From the NCBI GenBank assembly GCA_964304625.1, contig OZ199838.1:5219145-5283144 (forward strand): a stretch of 64,000 bases of DNA. The letters are read 5' to 3'. The notes beneath the pieces were generated by a model. The model was not told where the DNA came from and did not search any database. It was given only the letters and a program-made list of their open reading frames with translations. A program made the translations under genes and the position numbers. The stretch comes from Kudoa neothunni (lineage: Eukaryota > Animalia > Cnidaria). This document shows, piece after piece, positions 27,728 to 41,499 of the stretch. Numbering within the stretch: position 1 is the first letter of the stretch; each line of letters begins with the position of its first letter.

Positions 27728-29987
27728 CCTTCCGAGCGTCTCTGTGGTCCATTGGACCCCAATGGATGTTTGAATCAATTTTTGGAGAACCTTATATTAT
27801 GTAAGATGATTTAAGATCATATCTGTTCTCCTACAAATATGAGTTCTATTAAAGTATAACGGAAAATTTTAATTTGTACATTCAGGTAAAGATTTAATCA
27901 AAATACATACACATACCTTCTTTCGGGGCCCAATGGACCTCACGTGTGTTTCCAAACAACAACAAAAAAAATTTACAACAATTTGAGCAATAAATAAAAT
28001 TTTATCAAGAGGAAACAGAAAAACCGAAAAAACCATACATACGTTAAATACCGATCATTGCCAACGAATAAAACGCTGCCATGATTGGTTCTGAGCGTAA
28101 TATTTTGGATGAATTTGAATCCGATATCAATGAATTTTATATCTTTTGATAATTTAGATATCTATGTCATTCTAATGTTTTTGAAGATAAGGATGATGTT
28201 AATTGGTTCTCTGAGAAACTTCAAATAACTAAAAGCTTTCAACGAAATATTTTTCAAAAGTAACCAGATTCAATGTTTTATGTTTCAAATAGAAACATCT
28301 TAACTGATCATTCCTCATATTTTATGGTGAATCTATTTTCTCAACCGTTATTTCAAACGTTAACACTTTTACGGATTTTAATTAGCAGAATTATTTGAAG
28401 ATTTTTCAAAACAAGATTTATTAGCGAATTCGGGAATCCATAATTGTATTCCCATCTTTAAATCTTAATTAGAATGATTCAAATTGCTTTGGAGTGTTGG
28501 AAAGCGAAGGGATATTTTCCGAAAGATTATGCCATTAAATAGGTTTAATCAAATTTTGAGGGACATTCATTATTAAGAATTCAAAAACGGAGAAACTTGA
28601 AGAATCATAGATAAGTTCTTCCCGTTTGTGGTATCTTTAAGGGTTGGAATGATTGTCGTTCCGAACTTTATTACCCCCAGGAGAGTTCCACCATTGACGA
28701 GCAGTTATCTAACTGTAGGGAAAATGTTTCTTCGGGAAATATATACTGTTCAAGTTGGCAATGTACGAAATTAAGTATTTTCTCCTTGCCAATCCTCAGA
28801 CCAAGTACACTCATAACTTTCCTGTGTATTTCGATAGAAATAATAATGAAACGTCAGAAAATGTTGAAGGGATATTGCTCTAGATCTTGTGTCATCATTA
28901 ATGGAAGTGGGAGAAATATAATTTGTGAAAATCTCTTTACTTCCGTTTCCATTGCTCAAAAACTCTTACATGAGGAATAACTGGAAAAATCCGAAATAAT
29001 AGAAGTGATATTAAAAATTATCTAAAAAAGAACTCTAAACGGGAAGTTTCAGTACACTTTTGTTTAATCAAAAACTAATACTAATCTCTTATGTTCCTAT
29101 GAAAGGTAAAGCAGTTTTACTGCTAACAACATCGGGTTCATTACAAATGTTGAAGGTACAGACTGAAAAAACCTGTTGTTAATCTGGGATATAATCATTA
29201 AAAAGAAGGAGTGGAAACAATGGATCATATTATTGTTACAACGAGTGTATAAACTAAACGAATCGATGGTCGACAGCAATATTCTTCATTATGGTTGGTA
29301 TTAGCTTGGTTAATTCATTTTATCTGTACGACTGTTTTCTATGATCGCAATTGTTCAAAAGTTGTTTCTAGAAGAGCTTGAAGATGCTTTGGTGTAGGAT
29401 TATGTTCAGAAAAACAAAAACCGCATTGATAAAAATTATAATTGCATAATAGAATTTCTTTGTCGCGCTTGATGCTGTTATTGTTCGGGATCTTGAGACA
29501 GAGAAGCGAGGATTTTTTGTTTGTAGAGCCATTTGTAATGAAAGCAGTTCAAAAGCTGTTTTTGTGATATTTTGTAATATTAAAAATCAAAATAATATAA
29601 ATATTTCGCATTTAATGTATTTTGGAACAATATATATTGCGGGTATTATTGGGCGTGATTATTAATAAAATAATTATGAAGGAAACGATTTTTAAGATTT
29701 GTTTAATGGGGAATGATATATATTTTTTATTAAACCCCTTTATATTAAAAAAGGCTAAACTCGTTTCATTTAATCTTTAATTTAACCTTTTAAATTCTTC
29801 GGCAGTCATCGTTAACAACAGGCGATGTTATAATTGTAACGTTATCCAATATTTTGTTGATAATTTTCCTTCATTCTTTAGTAAATTACTTATATGATTT
29901 TTATCCATAATTCAAGCCAAAAAATGTGGGGTCCATTGGACCCCAAAAGAAGGAATGTGTAAAGTCAATTTTCGGGCGCTCGGAAGG
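27728..29987 (+). mobile_element. piggyBac transposon with a decayed transposase
   Basis: TTAA TSDs at 27724 and 29988. TIR CCTTCCGAGCG. Subterminal inverted GGGGTCCATTGGACCCC-type motifs at about 27744, 27923 and 29927. Transposase fragments TIDEQL and GRNIICENLFTSVSIAQKL carry many stops. Confidence 0.92.
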
Positions 29988-32560
29988 TTAAATAAGATTA
30001 AATATTATCGGCGAGACATTACCATATAAAAATATTTATATCTATAGTCTTTTTGTAATATTTTTGGACGACATATTTGTGGTTTTATGTATAAGTCGTT
30101 TCAAGTAACAGCATTCAACTTTATAATTTAAATTTGTGTATTAAGTAAATTCAGAAATATTTACATAAAATTACTTGTAACAGTCTGCATATAAATTTTA
30201 TTTTATTTAATGTTAAAATGAAGATTAATTGAATATCTAATTAATAAAAATAATTATTTTTTATTATACCATTTATAATTTAATTGATTAAACCCTTTAT
30301 TCGTCATTCTTTTGCATGTTTAACAAATAATTGTGTGTCACTAAAATTTTATAATAATCATAATTTTGTCGCTAATAAAACAGAGCTCTACGTACATATA
30401 ATCTAAATGGCAGGTATTTTATGATAATGATAAAAAACTCTGATAATATTAAATTGGTTTGTGATTATTAACCAAATAAATTGCAACCATATCATAATTA
30501 TTAGAGTTTTTCTTGTCATTTCACAATGTATACACTTCAATAAATATATTTCATGACGTCTAGTACATAATTTTGGGGGGGGGGGTATTAACAATACTGC
30601 GCTGATGGTTCAGATTTTGATTCAACTTTCAATAAGTTCATTATTTCTGTGTATACAAATATGTACTTAGTTTCCTACTAAAATTCGACTTTAAAATAAC
30701 CTACCGAGTATCTTGAAATAGTTTTCATTAACCGTTTATATACAGCGGAATTATATTTTTATTATCTGAGAAAGTTGCGAGAAAATTTAACTAAATATAA
30801 CGACTCCAATAAACACCTTATAAATTTTCGTCATGTGACATAAATTTGGATGATAAAACATATGAGATTTTAATGTTATTAAAGACACATTAGGCTCATT
30901 GAGGAGTATATTGTTCCCAAGATGCACGTATTATTTGTCATAGCGAAATAATTAAATCTATAAAAATAATTTTTTTAAATGACAAATAAGGGAAAATATT
31001 CCTCTCCGAAATCACGTAATATGTCAGTCCCTTACAGAGGACGAAACAAATATTTTATTTTTTCATTTATTTTCACCAATTAAACCCCTAGAATGAGACG
31101 CTAATTATTCTATATAATTATTTAGAGGCACTTAACTGTGTATAAACTTAAAATATAATCTTTGTCTAATTGTTTAAGAGATATTGACTAAAATATTAAG
31201 ACAATGATTGATCAATATCATACTATAATGATTAATGATTTATCTAATGTAATAAGTGAACTTATTTTTCATTAAGCTATTTTTTAGAAAAAATTTGAGA
31301 AAAATGGAACAGAAAATATTATAACTTTTTCATGATTAATCACGTATTAGAAACGTAAAAGAAAAAACATTGGGCTATATGTGTGAAATGCAATATTTCC
31401 TTTTCAAACAATGTTTATAACAAAAATTTGATTTATTTCACGACGCATCATCATTACAATTGTTTAAAATTAAACGTTGATTTTCCAGCCTAGTTTGCTC
31501 TCTATATTCTAACATTATCAAATACTCAGGAGTTAAAAAAATTAAATTTAGTTCTTATTTATATTTAAGTAATTAGATTGTCGGAATTTGCATATTTCCA
31601 CATAAAAAATTAGTTAAAATAAGGAAATTTTATGGTTTTCATGTTTCTACGGGAAAAACATCAAACTGGCGGCAAATTTTGGATAATTTCTTGTAAATAT
31701 GTACAGTTTTAATAGTCCCTTTTATTAAAATTATCTTTCATCGAATTTCTTTTTATAATATAATCATTTATTCTAAATGAATAAACTTTTAAGATCGTGG
31801 CCATATTGTATGTAATGTGTCAAATTTAGGGACAATCAAGAAAATGCAATATAATAAAATTGTTAAAAATATTAGTTAGAAAAATTAACTTTCATTTTAA
31901 ATGCATAAAACCTTAATATTAAGCCGTTTTGAACGTCATTCCAAAACTCAAATTTATTTATAATTTTAACTATTATATTCAATGAACTGAACTATAATTG
32001 TGAGCTTTAAAATTGACAAAACCATTTATTAACTAATTTATAAAAATTCTAATAGTAAATAACATCTTGCGTATTATATAGTTCATTAAGTAGATAATAA
32101 TTGTAAAGGTGTTCTATATTAGTCAATAAACTATAGCCTCCCATAATATCAATTATTAAGGTTCTATGATTACGAACAAACAAAAATAATGCGAAAATTG
32201 TTTTGAATATTCTTTTATTAATTCTTTATAATAAATTTTAACAGTTATAACAAATACGAGGCTTTGCTAATTGATGCAAGAAAAAACGACACATCAAAAA
32301 TAAAAGTTAATTATTACTAACAATTTCAATCATTGAAATATTAAAAGAAAATATTCCCGAATTTCGTCAAATTAACGCATATAAAAGTAAACATTAAAAT
32401 ATTTTTTCCGAAATAATAAGTACGTACAAAACTAATTAATTATATATTTATTAATAATAAATGAAGAAATATGATAGATAATTAATTTTTATGTTATAAT
32501 ATTAATACTGTCACTAAATCGAACGTTAATTAATAAAAGTGTTCTTTCAATAACAAAAAT

Positions 32561-35495
32561 CTAGCTTCTATTTTTCCAATATCCGAAATAGAATCCCACA
32601 CCAACAACGACAATGAGCACTGGAATTATTACAGCAATAATTCTAAAATAATTGATTAACCAGGTATCTCTATAAATAAGTACATTGTATTTTTCGACCT
32701 AAAATAAATTAAGGAGAAGACAAATGTTTAATTTTACATTGATTTGTTAGATTCATCATCTATTAAATTTGTCAGAAAGAAAGTTAAGCAACATTTTATA
32801 TACTACCTTTGTTAATTTCAGCAAAACCAGTGATGTTGTTATCTGCACTATGGAATAGAACCAAACGGTAATTTATGGTGCTCTCCACATTTGAAATTGT
32901 AAACCCCTTGCATGAAGGAAAAGCTGAACAATCTTGTTCACCTATTGCCATGCATTTTTGGACAATTGGCTTGGATGGATCATCCCAATTTCTCAATTCC
33001 CATTTGCACAATGAGTCTTCATTAACGCCTGTAGGAAGAGAAGTTTTAACTATTATGTTATTGTCTTCTCTTTGAGACACCACAGTTAGTTTTATAGTCT
33101 TATTCGTAGTGGAAGTAAGCACTGGATCTAAAATTAATATTTAAAATATCAAGGATTAATACACATATTTTTAACATCTTCAAATATAAAATTAAAATAT
33201 AAACGATATTAATTTAAAATTTGATGTTTTATTACTAACAGGTATTTTGATAGGAGTTTCGGTGGACCTGCCGACAGCCGTAACTAAAACTTCATATTCT
33301 TTATCTGCTTCATATCCTTCACTGAATATAATATTAGAGCATAATGGTGATTGTGCGCATGGAGTAATGGTAGTTTTTTTGTTTGAAGAAGGCGCATCTG
33401 GTAATTGTTGTCCATTAGTTGCTCTAGCTATTGCAATTTTAGAAGTTTTAGATGCAGTAGGGGGTGTCCCAGTGTTTTTTGTGGAAGCCAATGGTGGACA
33501 TTGATAGATCGGTTCAAATCCTTTTCCCTTCTTTACTTTTATTTTATAATGACAAACAGCTGTAGGATGTGGTGTTGAAAGTACACCTGTCACTTTGAAA
33601 CCTTTTTCTAAAAATTCCGATTGCAATGTGAGCGTTGACAATGCTTGAAAGATAATTACTTATTTAATTCAAGGTCGAATATTTTTATACTTGTTCTAAT
33701 TTGGTGTTCTTTTTCACCATAATCCTCGTGTGCAACTATCTTTAGGTCATATTCAGTTCCAGGCATTAATCCTATAATTTTGTGAGACTCCCTGCAATAA
33801 CCCCTGCAGGGATAACTATCTTCGCACATCGCACACACATATACATCCTTCCCGCGGGGGCTTATATAATAAGCACAGGTCTTGTCAATAGATGTAATTT
33901 TTTCATTCCCATCTATTACTTTAATTGATGTAGTCGTATCCTCTACTGTTGGTTTTGTTTCCGAAAAGGTAGATCCAGATTTTTGCCCTATGTTCCTATA
34001 ATGAAACCAATTTTTTTTCTATTATATTACCCGTTCGAAAGAATATATATTCCTTAAAATTATTGAGCTCATCACCGCTATTTCCTGACGCAATTTCAAG
34101 AATATATGGTTTTCCACTATCAAGCTCTGTAATAGTTCGAGCAGCATTGCAATCGGTTTCGCAATTCGTTCTAGTATCTCCACATTTTGCCTTTTCAGGA
34201 GCACTATGTGCAGGTTTGTCTGCTTCGTAATATTTTACAGTACAACTGGAAAATTGAGATTGACCAGTTGGCTTAAACAAAGTAACTTTGAGCATAACAC
34301 CAGTAGGTGAGTGTTCTGACAATAAGACATCAGTTGACGTTTCTGTGACAACTATGGGAAGATTACCAAACTTCAAATATCCATGACATACCAAATTTTT
34401 TCTGAATATAACCAATATACGTGGTATCACTTTTTATCAACGGCACGTGTCTTGTTTGAATCAATATTTCAACAACGGGCTTGGAAGTCGTGAATTCAAG
34501 TTCAACATTATTACAAGGTGCATAACACTTTTTCTCCGCCGAAGAGCCACATTTGGATGTGTAGTCGTCGATGTTTGCGGATGTAATTGCTGTTTGCGGA
34601 TCTCTTATATTGAAGAGACACATTTCGAAAGGAAATTTGTTTGTAAACTTTAGCATAAATTTCGTTTTCACATTCGAACTATAGGTCACGTAATATTGGG
34701 GCTTATAAATATCAATGTTAGATAGAGTGTATTTATTTCGAAGTTTATAAAAGAAGCTAGGATAATTCTCACATTTCATTTCATAGTGCGGAATCATTAA
34801 ATTAAACTCCATTTCACTTAAACTACTTGCGATGCAAGTATCTCCAGCTCCTCCTTCTGCATATTTCACTTGCTTGTAAAATATCGGACATTTTACCGAG
34901 TTACAAGTTTTTGTACTTAATTTCAATTTTTGGTTGTTTTTTGTTATTGCGACTTGTGGGTTCACCAATAATCCTAAAAGAAATTTACTGTACATTCTAA
35001 ATTATTTAATTACGCAACTCAAGACCAAACACAGTTCCGCCCTCACTTTTCCCTGCTGCTGTTGCTACATCATTATCTGTAAAGACAGCAACGTACCTTG
35101 TCCTTGGAGAAAATTTGTCAAAAGGTAATTTATTTACATCTCCTGAACATGTCCTAACACATTTGTTAGAAGCTGTTGATTGACTATCACCTGGACATTC
35201 AGTAATATCAACAAGGTTCGTGTTTTCATCGTTAGATTGTTTAATATAGCAGTTCATTCCATTAGGGTAATCATTTCCACTTAATATCAAGTTGACCTTT
35301 AATTGGGTCTCATCCACAACAAGTTTGTAAGTTAAATAGTTTATAGCAGGAACTTGCACGGGAGCACTCACCACATTTTCTTCTGTGTGTATACGTGAAA
35401 AATGGGCTAGTTTTAATTATAGAACGCTTTATAATGTAAACATGTATACATAAAACAAAAGTAGAAATTCCCAATAAGTAGACGAAATTTTTCAT
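32561..35495 (-). CDS. Type-I membrane protein of about 800 aa with about seven divergent, Cys-containing FN3/Ig-like repeats
   Basis: Signal peptide MKNFVYLLGISTFVLCIH. Repeats of about 100-140 aa end in FN3-like motifs (DKFSPRTRYVAV, TITELDSGKPYILEI, IIGLMPGTEYDLKIVA, YEADKEYEVLVTA, TISNVESTINYRLVL). Micro-exons 32738-32759 and 32684-32698 lead in frame into the TM IIIAVIIPVLIVVGVGFYFGYW, then KNRS*. Confidence 0.8.
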
Positions 35496-36625
35496 TATAT
35501 TTAGCAAAAATAATAAACGATAGATGTCGCTCAATATGGATATAAAAATTTGATCGGATTGTAATTCGTATATACACAAAATTATGTTCGCCTTTAAATC
35601 AAACGAAACGTGAATACAAATATTTCGGATATATTAATTCATCTTAATAAATTATAATTCGACGGATAATAATTAATAACTCTAAAAATTGATTAAAATT
35701 AATATAGTTGGAATTAAATATATTTTTGGGTAATTATAAAAAAGTCCAGACTAAATATTATTTTTCAACATACTATTTGCTCATATATATACAATAAAAT
35801 AAGTAAGTGGAAATATTTCCCGGTTGATAATAATTTTATTAAGCTATGCTATCTGAGGTAGAAATTTTGATAAAGTTTGATTATTCATGTATACTTAAAA
35901 TAATTTATCAACAATCTGGCGTATAAGCTCCATTAGGTTGTAAAATAATCCAAAGTATAATTGAAAAATTTTGTAATTCCAAAAGACTGTAATTAAAATT
36001 CGTTTCTGGTATTCCTGGTAATAAAACTCTGAACAATCCATTAGAATATTCATATATAGTGCAAAGAAAAAGTTAGCAAATGCAAATATCGTCCTACCAA
36101 AGCGGTTGGAAAATCAAATAAAATCAATTATTGTTGCAAATGAAATATATGAGGAAACCAACAGTGGTCTTTAATAATTATGGCTTTACAGTTTAATATT
36201 TATTTAAGAATTTTAATATTTTCAATAGAGATTTATAATCAATGTAAATAATATTCATTGGTCGCACGAATGTCAACTTGATATAATTTCTAACAACGAT
36301 ATCTCGAATTGCGATCAAATTTCATGAAATCTCTTTGATTATCAAAATATTTTAATGAAAACTTTACCATATCACTAGTCACTGCATATATGTATCTGTT
36401 GCTATTATCTCATCCTATCTGATTTTTTATTATGAAATCTTTCAATACCAAATGTCCATAGGAAAATAAATGGTGTTATAATACTGTTAAATTCGATCAT
36501 GCCCATCATAACGAGAATCTTATATATTATCAAATTTGGATTCAAACTAAAACTTACACGTATCAATTAATTATGTATAAAATAGTTTATCTGAAAAGAG
36601 CTATTTCTTAAGAAATTATAACTCA

Positions 36626-37774
36626 CTAGCGGGAACTGCCCAGCGTTGCTTGGTGAAGATTTCGCATAGATACGTTTCTTAATAATATTCAAAACATTTA
36701 TTGAAGATTCGAATTAACCCATAGATGCAAAATAACTAAAAAATTGTAAGTGACATACTTTCAACGATTTGGATTAGCGAAATTTAATTTATGATCATTT
36801 CTGTGAAGGTAAGTATCAATACTGGTGTCCATTTAAAAATTTCATGGCCAGGTACTAATGCCAAATAATTTATTGTCGGTGTCGTATTTTTTGTTGCATT
36901 TCCGAATTATTTAAATCCCGTTAAAATATTACCCTAAACGTTATTTTTGGCCCGGCCCCGAAAGTTTGTGCACCACCATTTATGAGAGTCAAACAAATAG
37001 AAAAAGATATAGAGTTAAAATATAATAGACGAAAATTAATGTTTATTACTCAAATAAACATCTTTTGGCCCGACGAGAGCTCAACTAACTTTTTCCCATA
37101 AACAGCCACAAATCGCGTCAACTTAAGCATAAACAATCTGAATAATCGGATGAAGTAAAAGTACAACCATCTGCATTGAATTTAATCACGTAAAGCCAAA
37201 TTTAGCGGACGATTCCAATGAAATCTACGGACGCAATATTTCCATTATAATGCTCCAATCAATGTAATTTTAACGTTCCCCACCAATTCGTTATTCATGA
37301 AACATATATATATATATATATATATTTTATTATATCTAAACCATTAATAGAACCTTTAAAATGTGTTTATCAAGTCAAATACGTTAAAACTCCAGACAAA
37401 AGAAGCGTATACGCGCAAACACCCAAATATACGTACCAACATTATATAAAAAATCAGATGATATCGTTTAATTTAAATTTGATAAAGCATATAAGGTGGA
37501 ACATTAACTTCAACCGACCACTACCATGACAAGAGCAGGTGTTAATCCTATCGTTGTAACCGATAATTCGTTTAACAAACTTTGAATCGACAAAAGCGCC
37601 ATTTTCTAACCACTTTTAGGAACATTTGGTAGTGTGAAAACGATTTAAAGATTTTTTGAAACATTGTGATTTAAAAAAAACATCATAAACGTCACTCTAT
37701 AAGGGAAAAAACTTTACGCACCTGCTTACTTGCTGATACACACACGGACACTTCAACTTTATGTATATAGTGGA
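36626..37774 (-). mobile_element. Non-autonomous Helitron, copy 2
   Basis: On the minus strand: A|TCCACTATATACATAAAGTTG..., a hairpin CCAAGCAACGCTGGG, then ...CTAG|T. A diverged copy of 20644-21692 with an internal (TA)n. Confidence 0.85.
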
Positions 37775-38372
37775 TATTATATATACAGTAGATAGTAGAT
37801 ACTCGGAGGAGGATTAATATGATGGTTTAACATCAGTTTGAATACGTTATCTCCAAACAATTTTGATTTAAACCAAACGTAAACAATATTATTGCCAAAA
37901 TTTATTTAGTCTAAACGATTGACTATTGATTCGAGGAAATGAAAATTAAATAACGTCACTACAAAAAGCTTAGCATGCTAAATGATGGATTAACGTGTTT
38001 AATATTTCACAAGATTTTCAATCTTTATTCAGCTTGTCTTGATGGTAATAAACTATGGTTTACATTAGATTTAAAGTTCTTAATATTGATAGTTGATAAA
38101 AGTTAGACTATATTTTAAGGGCGTCTCCGAATATAACACAAGAATAGCTAGTAAATGCAATAAGGGCATGTGTAATGAAAGCTACTTTATAATTAAAATA
38201 TTTAGAACTATATTAAATATAATAAACCTTCGAAACTTTATAAAATATTCAAAATATTGAATATGAAACGTTCAGTTTCTATGAAAACAATTGAAAATTT
38301 CACAAGGTCACAAGTTTAGGATTAAGTCAGCTAATAATTAATCCGCTACTAATCTACTCCGCTGCGTCACTC

Positions 38373-39962
38373 ATGAGTGATCAAAACAACGAGAACGTAA
38401 TTACAGGCGACTTTTTATGTTATTTGAACTATATAAAATTTAGTCATTATTGGATATTGATGAGAAACCCCTACCAAGTCAATCTGAATCATCTGATGAA
38501 GAATATGAAGAACTGGACGATGTTTCAGATAGCATTGAAAACCCCAAACGCGCACCAAGCTCGTTCGCATCACTTAGCGTAGGTGATCCAGATTTTGTAA
38601 GTGTAGAAAGTATGTCATATAAAACCCCGGGCGGAGTCTCTTCCTCTTCCGAAGCAGCCGAAGAAGAAGCAGAAAAAGGAACAAAGGAGTATCAAGGTGG
38701 CAGTAGTTCGCTAAAACATAGCACCAAAAGTGTTATCGAATCCGATGTGGCTGTACAACCACAAGTAGAGGAAGCAAATCTCATTGATTCGCAGAGTATT
38801 GAGTTAAATATATGAATTGATTATAAATAATAATAAAGTGTCGCAAAATCAAGATGTTCATTTTGTTGGCCAGATTGATTCTTCATCTGGCCATCTCATA
38901 ACTGATCCAGAAAGTATATCCATTTAACACTTCCATAATTTAATTTAAAAGCGGTATGTTAATTTAATTTAAAAGCTCCATGAGTGCGCTTGCGCGTAAG
39001 CGTGGGTTTAATCTTGTTTCGTTGATACTTTATCGATACATTATTGTGAGGTTATTCATTCCAAAATAATATTTTAAAGTTTTTAAAAAGTTATATCTAT
39101 TAATATTTGTATAGGGATTCTAGAATTTATAGCTAAAATGCCAGATTTATCTTCAAATAACAATGAACAAAATAAATTTCAAATCCCAATGGTATTGAAA
39201 TTTTGATTTTTGTAATTGATTGTAAGATACATGAAAGAACCCAAACGGTGATATATCGGTGGTTGAGTTGGAATCTAGCTCGGATAAAGCTGACAAAGTA
39301 TATATATATATAAACTGAATACGCGTATTGGACAAATTTTATATAGAGTACTTATGTTAAAGATGAAAGCATCCCCTCCACTTCATCATCGAATGTGGAG
39401 ATTGTTGAAAGCAACGATAACAACAATTCCCCAACGAGAGATGAAGCATCGCCTGCGGTTGTAGAATTTATCGATGACGAAGATAGCACCCAATATGAGG
39501 ATGTTGTTGAAGTTTTAGCATCCTCTGTCCCATCTGCCTCAAACATTGTAAACACTGTTGTGAATAATGTTGTCATAAATCACGATGATGATGACGACGA
39601 CGATGACTTTGTCGTGGAAACAATTGCGGAAAGATTGTGGGGTTTAACTGAGATGGTACCGGAAAAGGTTGTAGATGGTACAATCAACGCTATCAACAAT
39701 GCCAAATCGTTAACTGGCTATCTTTTCAATAAAAGTAAAAGTGGATTATGGATTGTGGTGTCAACACTTGTGGTTGTTGCTTTCCCTGTGGTGGTTGGGC
39801 TGGAAACCATAAGAATGGATGAAACTCAACTTGCGCAACAACGTCAAGTATTCGTATTATTGTTTAATAAGCTGGACATTACTAATTATATAGATGTTGG
39901 TCAATTCTGGAGCGTTAAACAGCCAGCCTGGATCTCTTGAGCCTTCACCTATTCCTTCTTAG
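38373..39962 (+). CDS. TOMM22: Mitochondrial import receptor TOM22 (short form from ATG 39138, about 227 aa; predicted long form from 38373, about 379 aa)
   Basis: DDDDDDDDFVVETIAERLWGLTEMVPE, TM LWIVVSTLVVVAFPVVVGLE and AQQRQML match animal TOM22. Exons 38373-38396, 38444-38795, 38839-38913, 39133(or 39115)-39191, 39238-39297, 39347-39847 and 39894-39962 are all in frame. The TOM22 core is secure; the link to the upstream exons is predicted. Confidence 0.85.
38985..38996. promoter_or_regulatory. NRF1-like motif; candidate internal promoter of the short TOMM22 form
   Basis: TGCGCTTGCGCG in otherwise AT-rich DNA, about 140 bp upstream of ATG 39138. Confidence 0.45.
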
Positions 39963-40253
39963 AGTTGTTTGAAAATGGAACAATACCGTTTCTAATTCAA
40001 TCCTAAGAATGTTTATTATTTAGGGAGTTGTTTGTGAATTTCTGAATATTTTTTTGCATTTTAAGATTTTTTTCTTTCATCGATTGATTTTGGCTCAGAG
40101 TATGATTATATGTAGGATTTTATTATTGTACTATTTCTAATGTATGTGTCAAAGCTCTGATTATTATTTAATGGGAGGTTTGTTTTTGATATTAATCGAT
40201 AATGAGAGAGGAGCAGAGAAGTGTTTGGCTTTGGGCCTCAAGTTAGTTTAGGG

Positions 40254-41451
40254 CAGGGGTCGACAACCTGCGGCTCTTTAGATCTTAAGTGCGGCTCCCC
40301 ACCGTATGTAAGTAATATAAACTACAATATCTGAGGCTATAATATAAAAGGATTATATAATTTCTAGTCGCTGAATTCACTATTACGTTCAAATTTTGGA
40401 ATATCACTAGATATAACCCATTTTTTAATTACAATATATGGGCAACTAATAAATTTATGGTATTCCAACATCTCAACCTTGAAATAATTATCTTTAGTTT
40501 CAACTTTCAATTTAAATATAGAAATACAAAAAGAAAAGCCTCAACAAAAACAAATAACTTTAAATATTCAAAATTCCTCATAGAACATTGTCCTCTACAA
40601 CTGAAATTATTAACGACACAATAACTATAAATGTTCTCATTTTTTATACACTTTTAATTAAAAATTTCTCATTTATGAAAATGTTAATATTAGATTGAAA
40701 CTCTTTAAAAATAAACTTTTCGAGCGTTATACAAAATACATCTTATTTATCTATATGCACAACTTTTTTTAAGCCTTTAAATTAGACTAAAGGAATTGTT
40801 GACAGTTTTTCCAGTTTAAAAATTTTTCTTATTAAATTTTTACACCTAAAGAAATAGTTATGCATACATTTTCATTAAATGCTATCCATTAAAAAGAAAC
40901 CTCTCGTAATACTAAACGTTCCTTAGTTTTACTACGGAGAAAACCACAGATAAAATACGCAGAAATAATTAAATTGTTGAAAATACATTAAAAAGGAAGT
41001 TATTCTTCCAATTTTAAAAGATTAAATTATATGATTTGAAATATTTATTTTATTGACCATAACATTCATCAAGATAAATTTTTATCGAATACTTGTAAAA
41101 AGGTTAATGGTAGACTTTATAATCTTTCAAAATGGAAATTATTTACCACGAAATTACAGTATTACTTGAAATAATCAAAAAAATTCATCTTTATATTTTT
41201 TTATTTTCATTATTTCCTTCCGCATTAAAAACGCTAACAATTAAAATAATAGTTTAATTAGATATAGAAGAATGCATAGATAGACCAATTCGATAATGTT
41301 AGTCATATTTTTCTGGAATGTATGTTTTCATGTTTTCATTGATGAATATTTAGATTTTCGAACCTATTTTTATGTACGGCTCTGGAAGTAGAAAAAAATT
41401 ATTCCATCATCAATAATTGGCTCCTCCGGTCATATCGGTTGCCGACCCCTG
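40254..41451. mobile_element. Non-autonomous hAT (Charlie/Buster-like) element
   Basis: TIRs CAGGGGTCGACAACC and GGTTGCCGACCCCTG, subterminal CGGCTC repeats, and a degenerate 8-bp TSD (GTTTAGGG/ATTTGGGC). Confidence 0.8.
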
Positions 41452-41499
41452 ATTTGGGCGGTTACGTCTTCGGTTCCCTGTCCCGATAAAACACTACAA

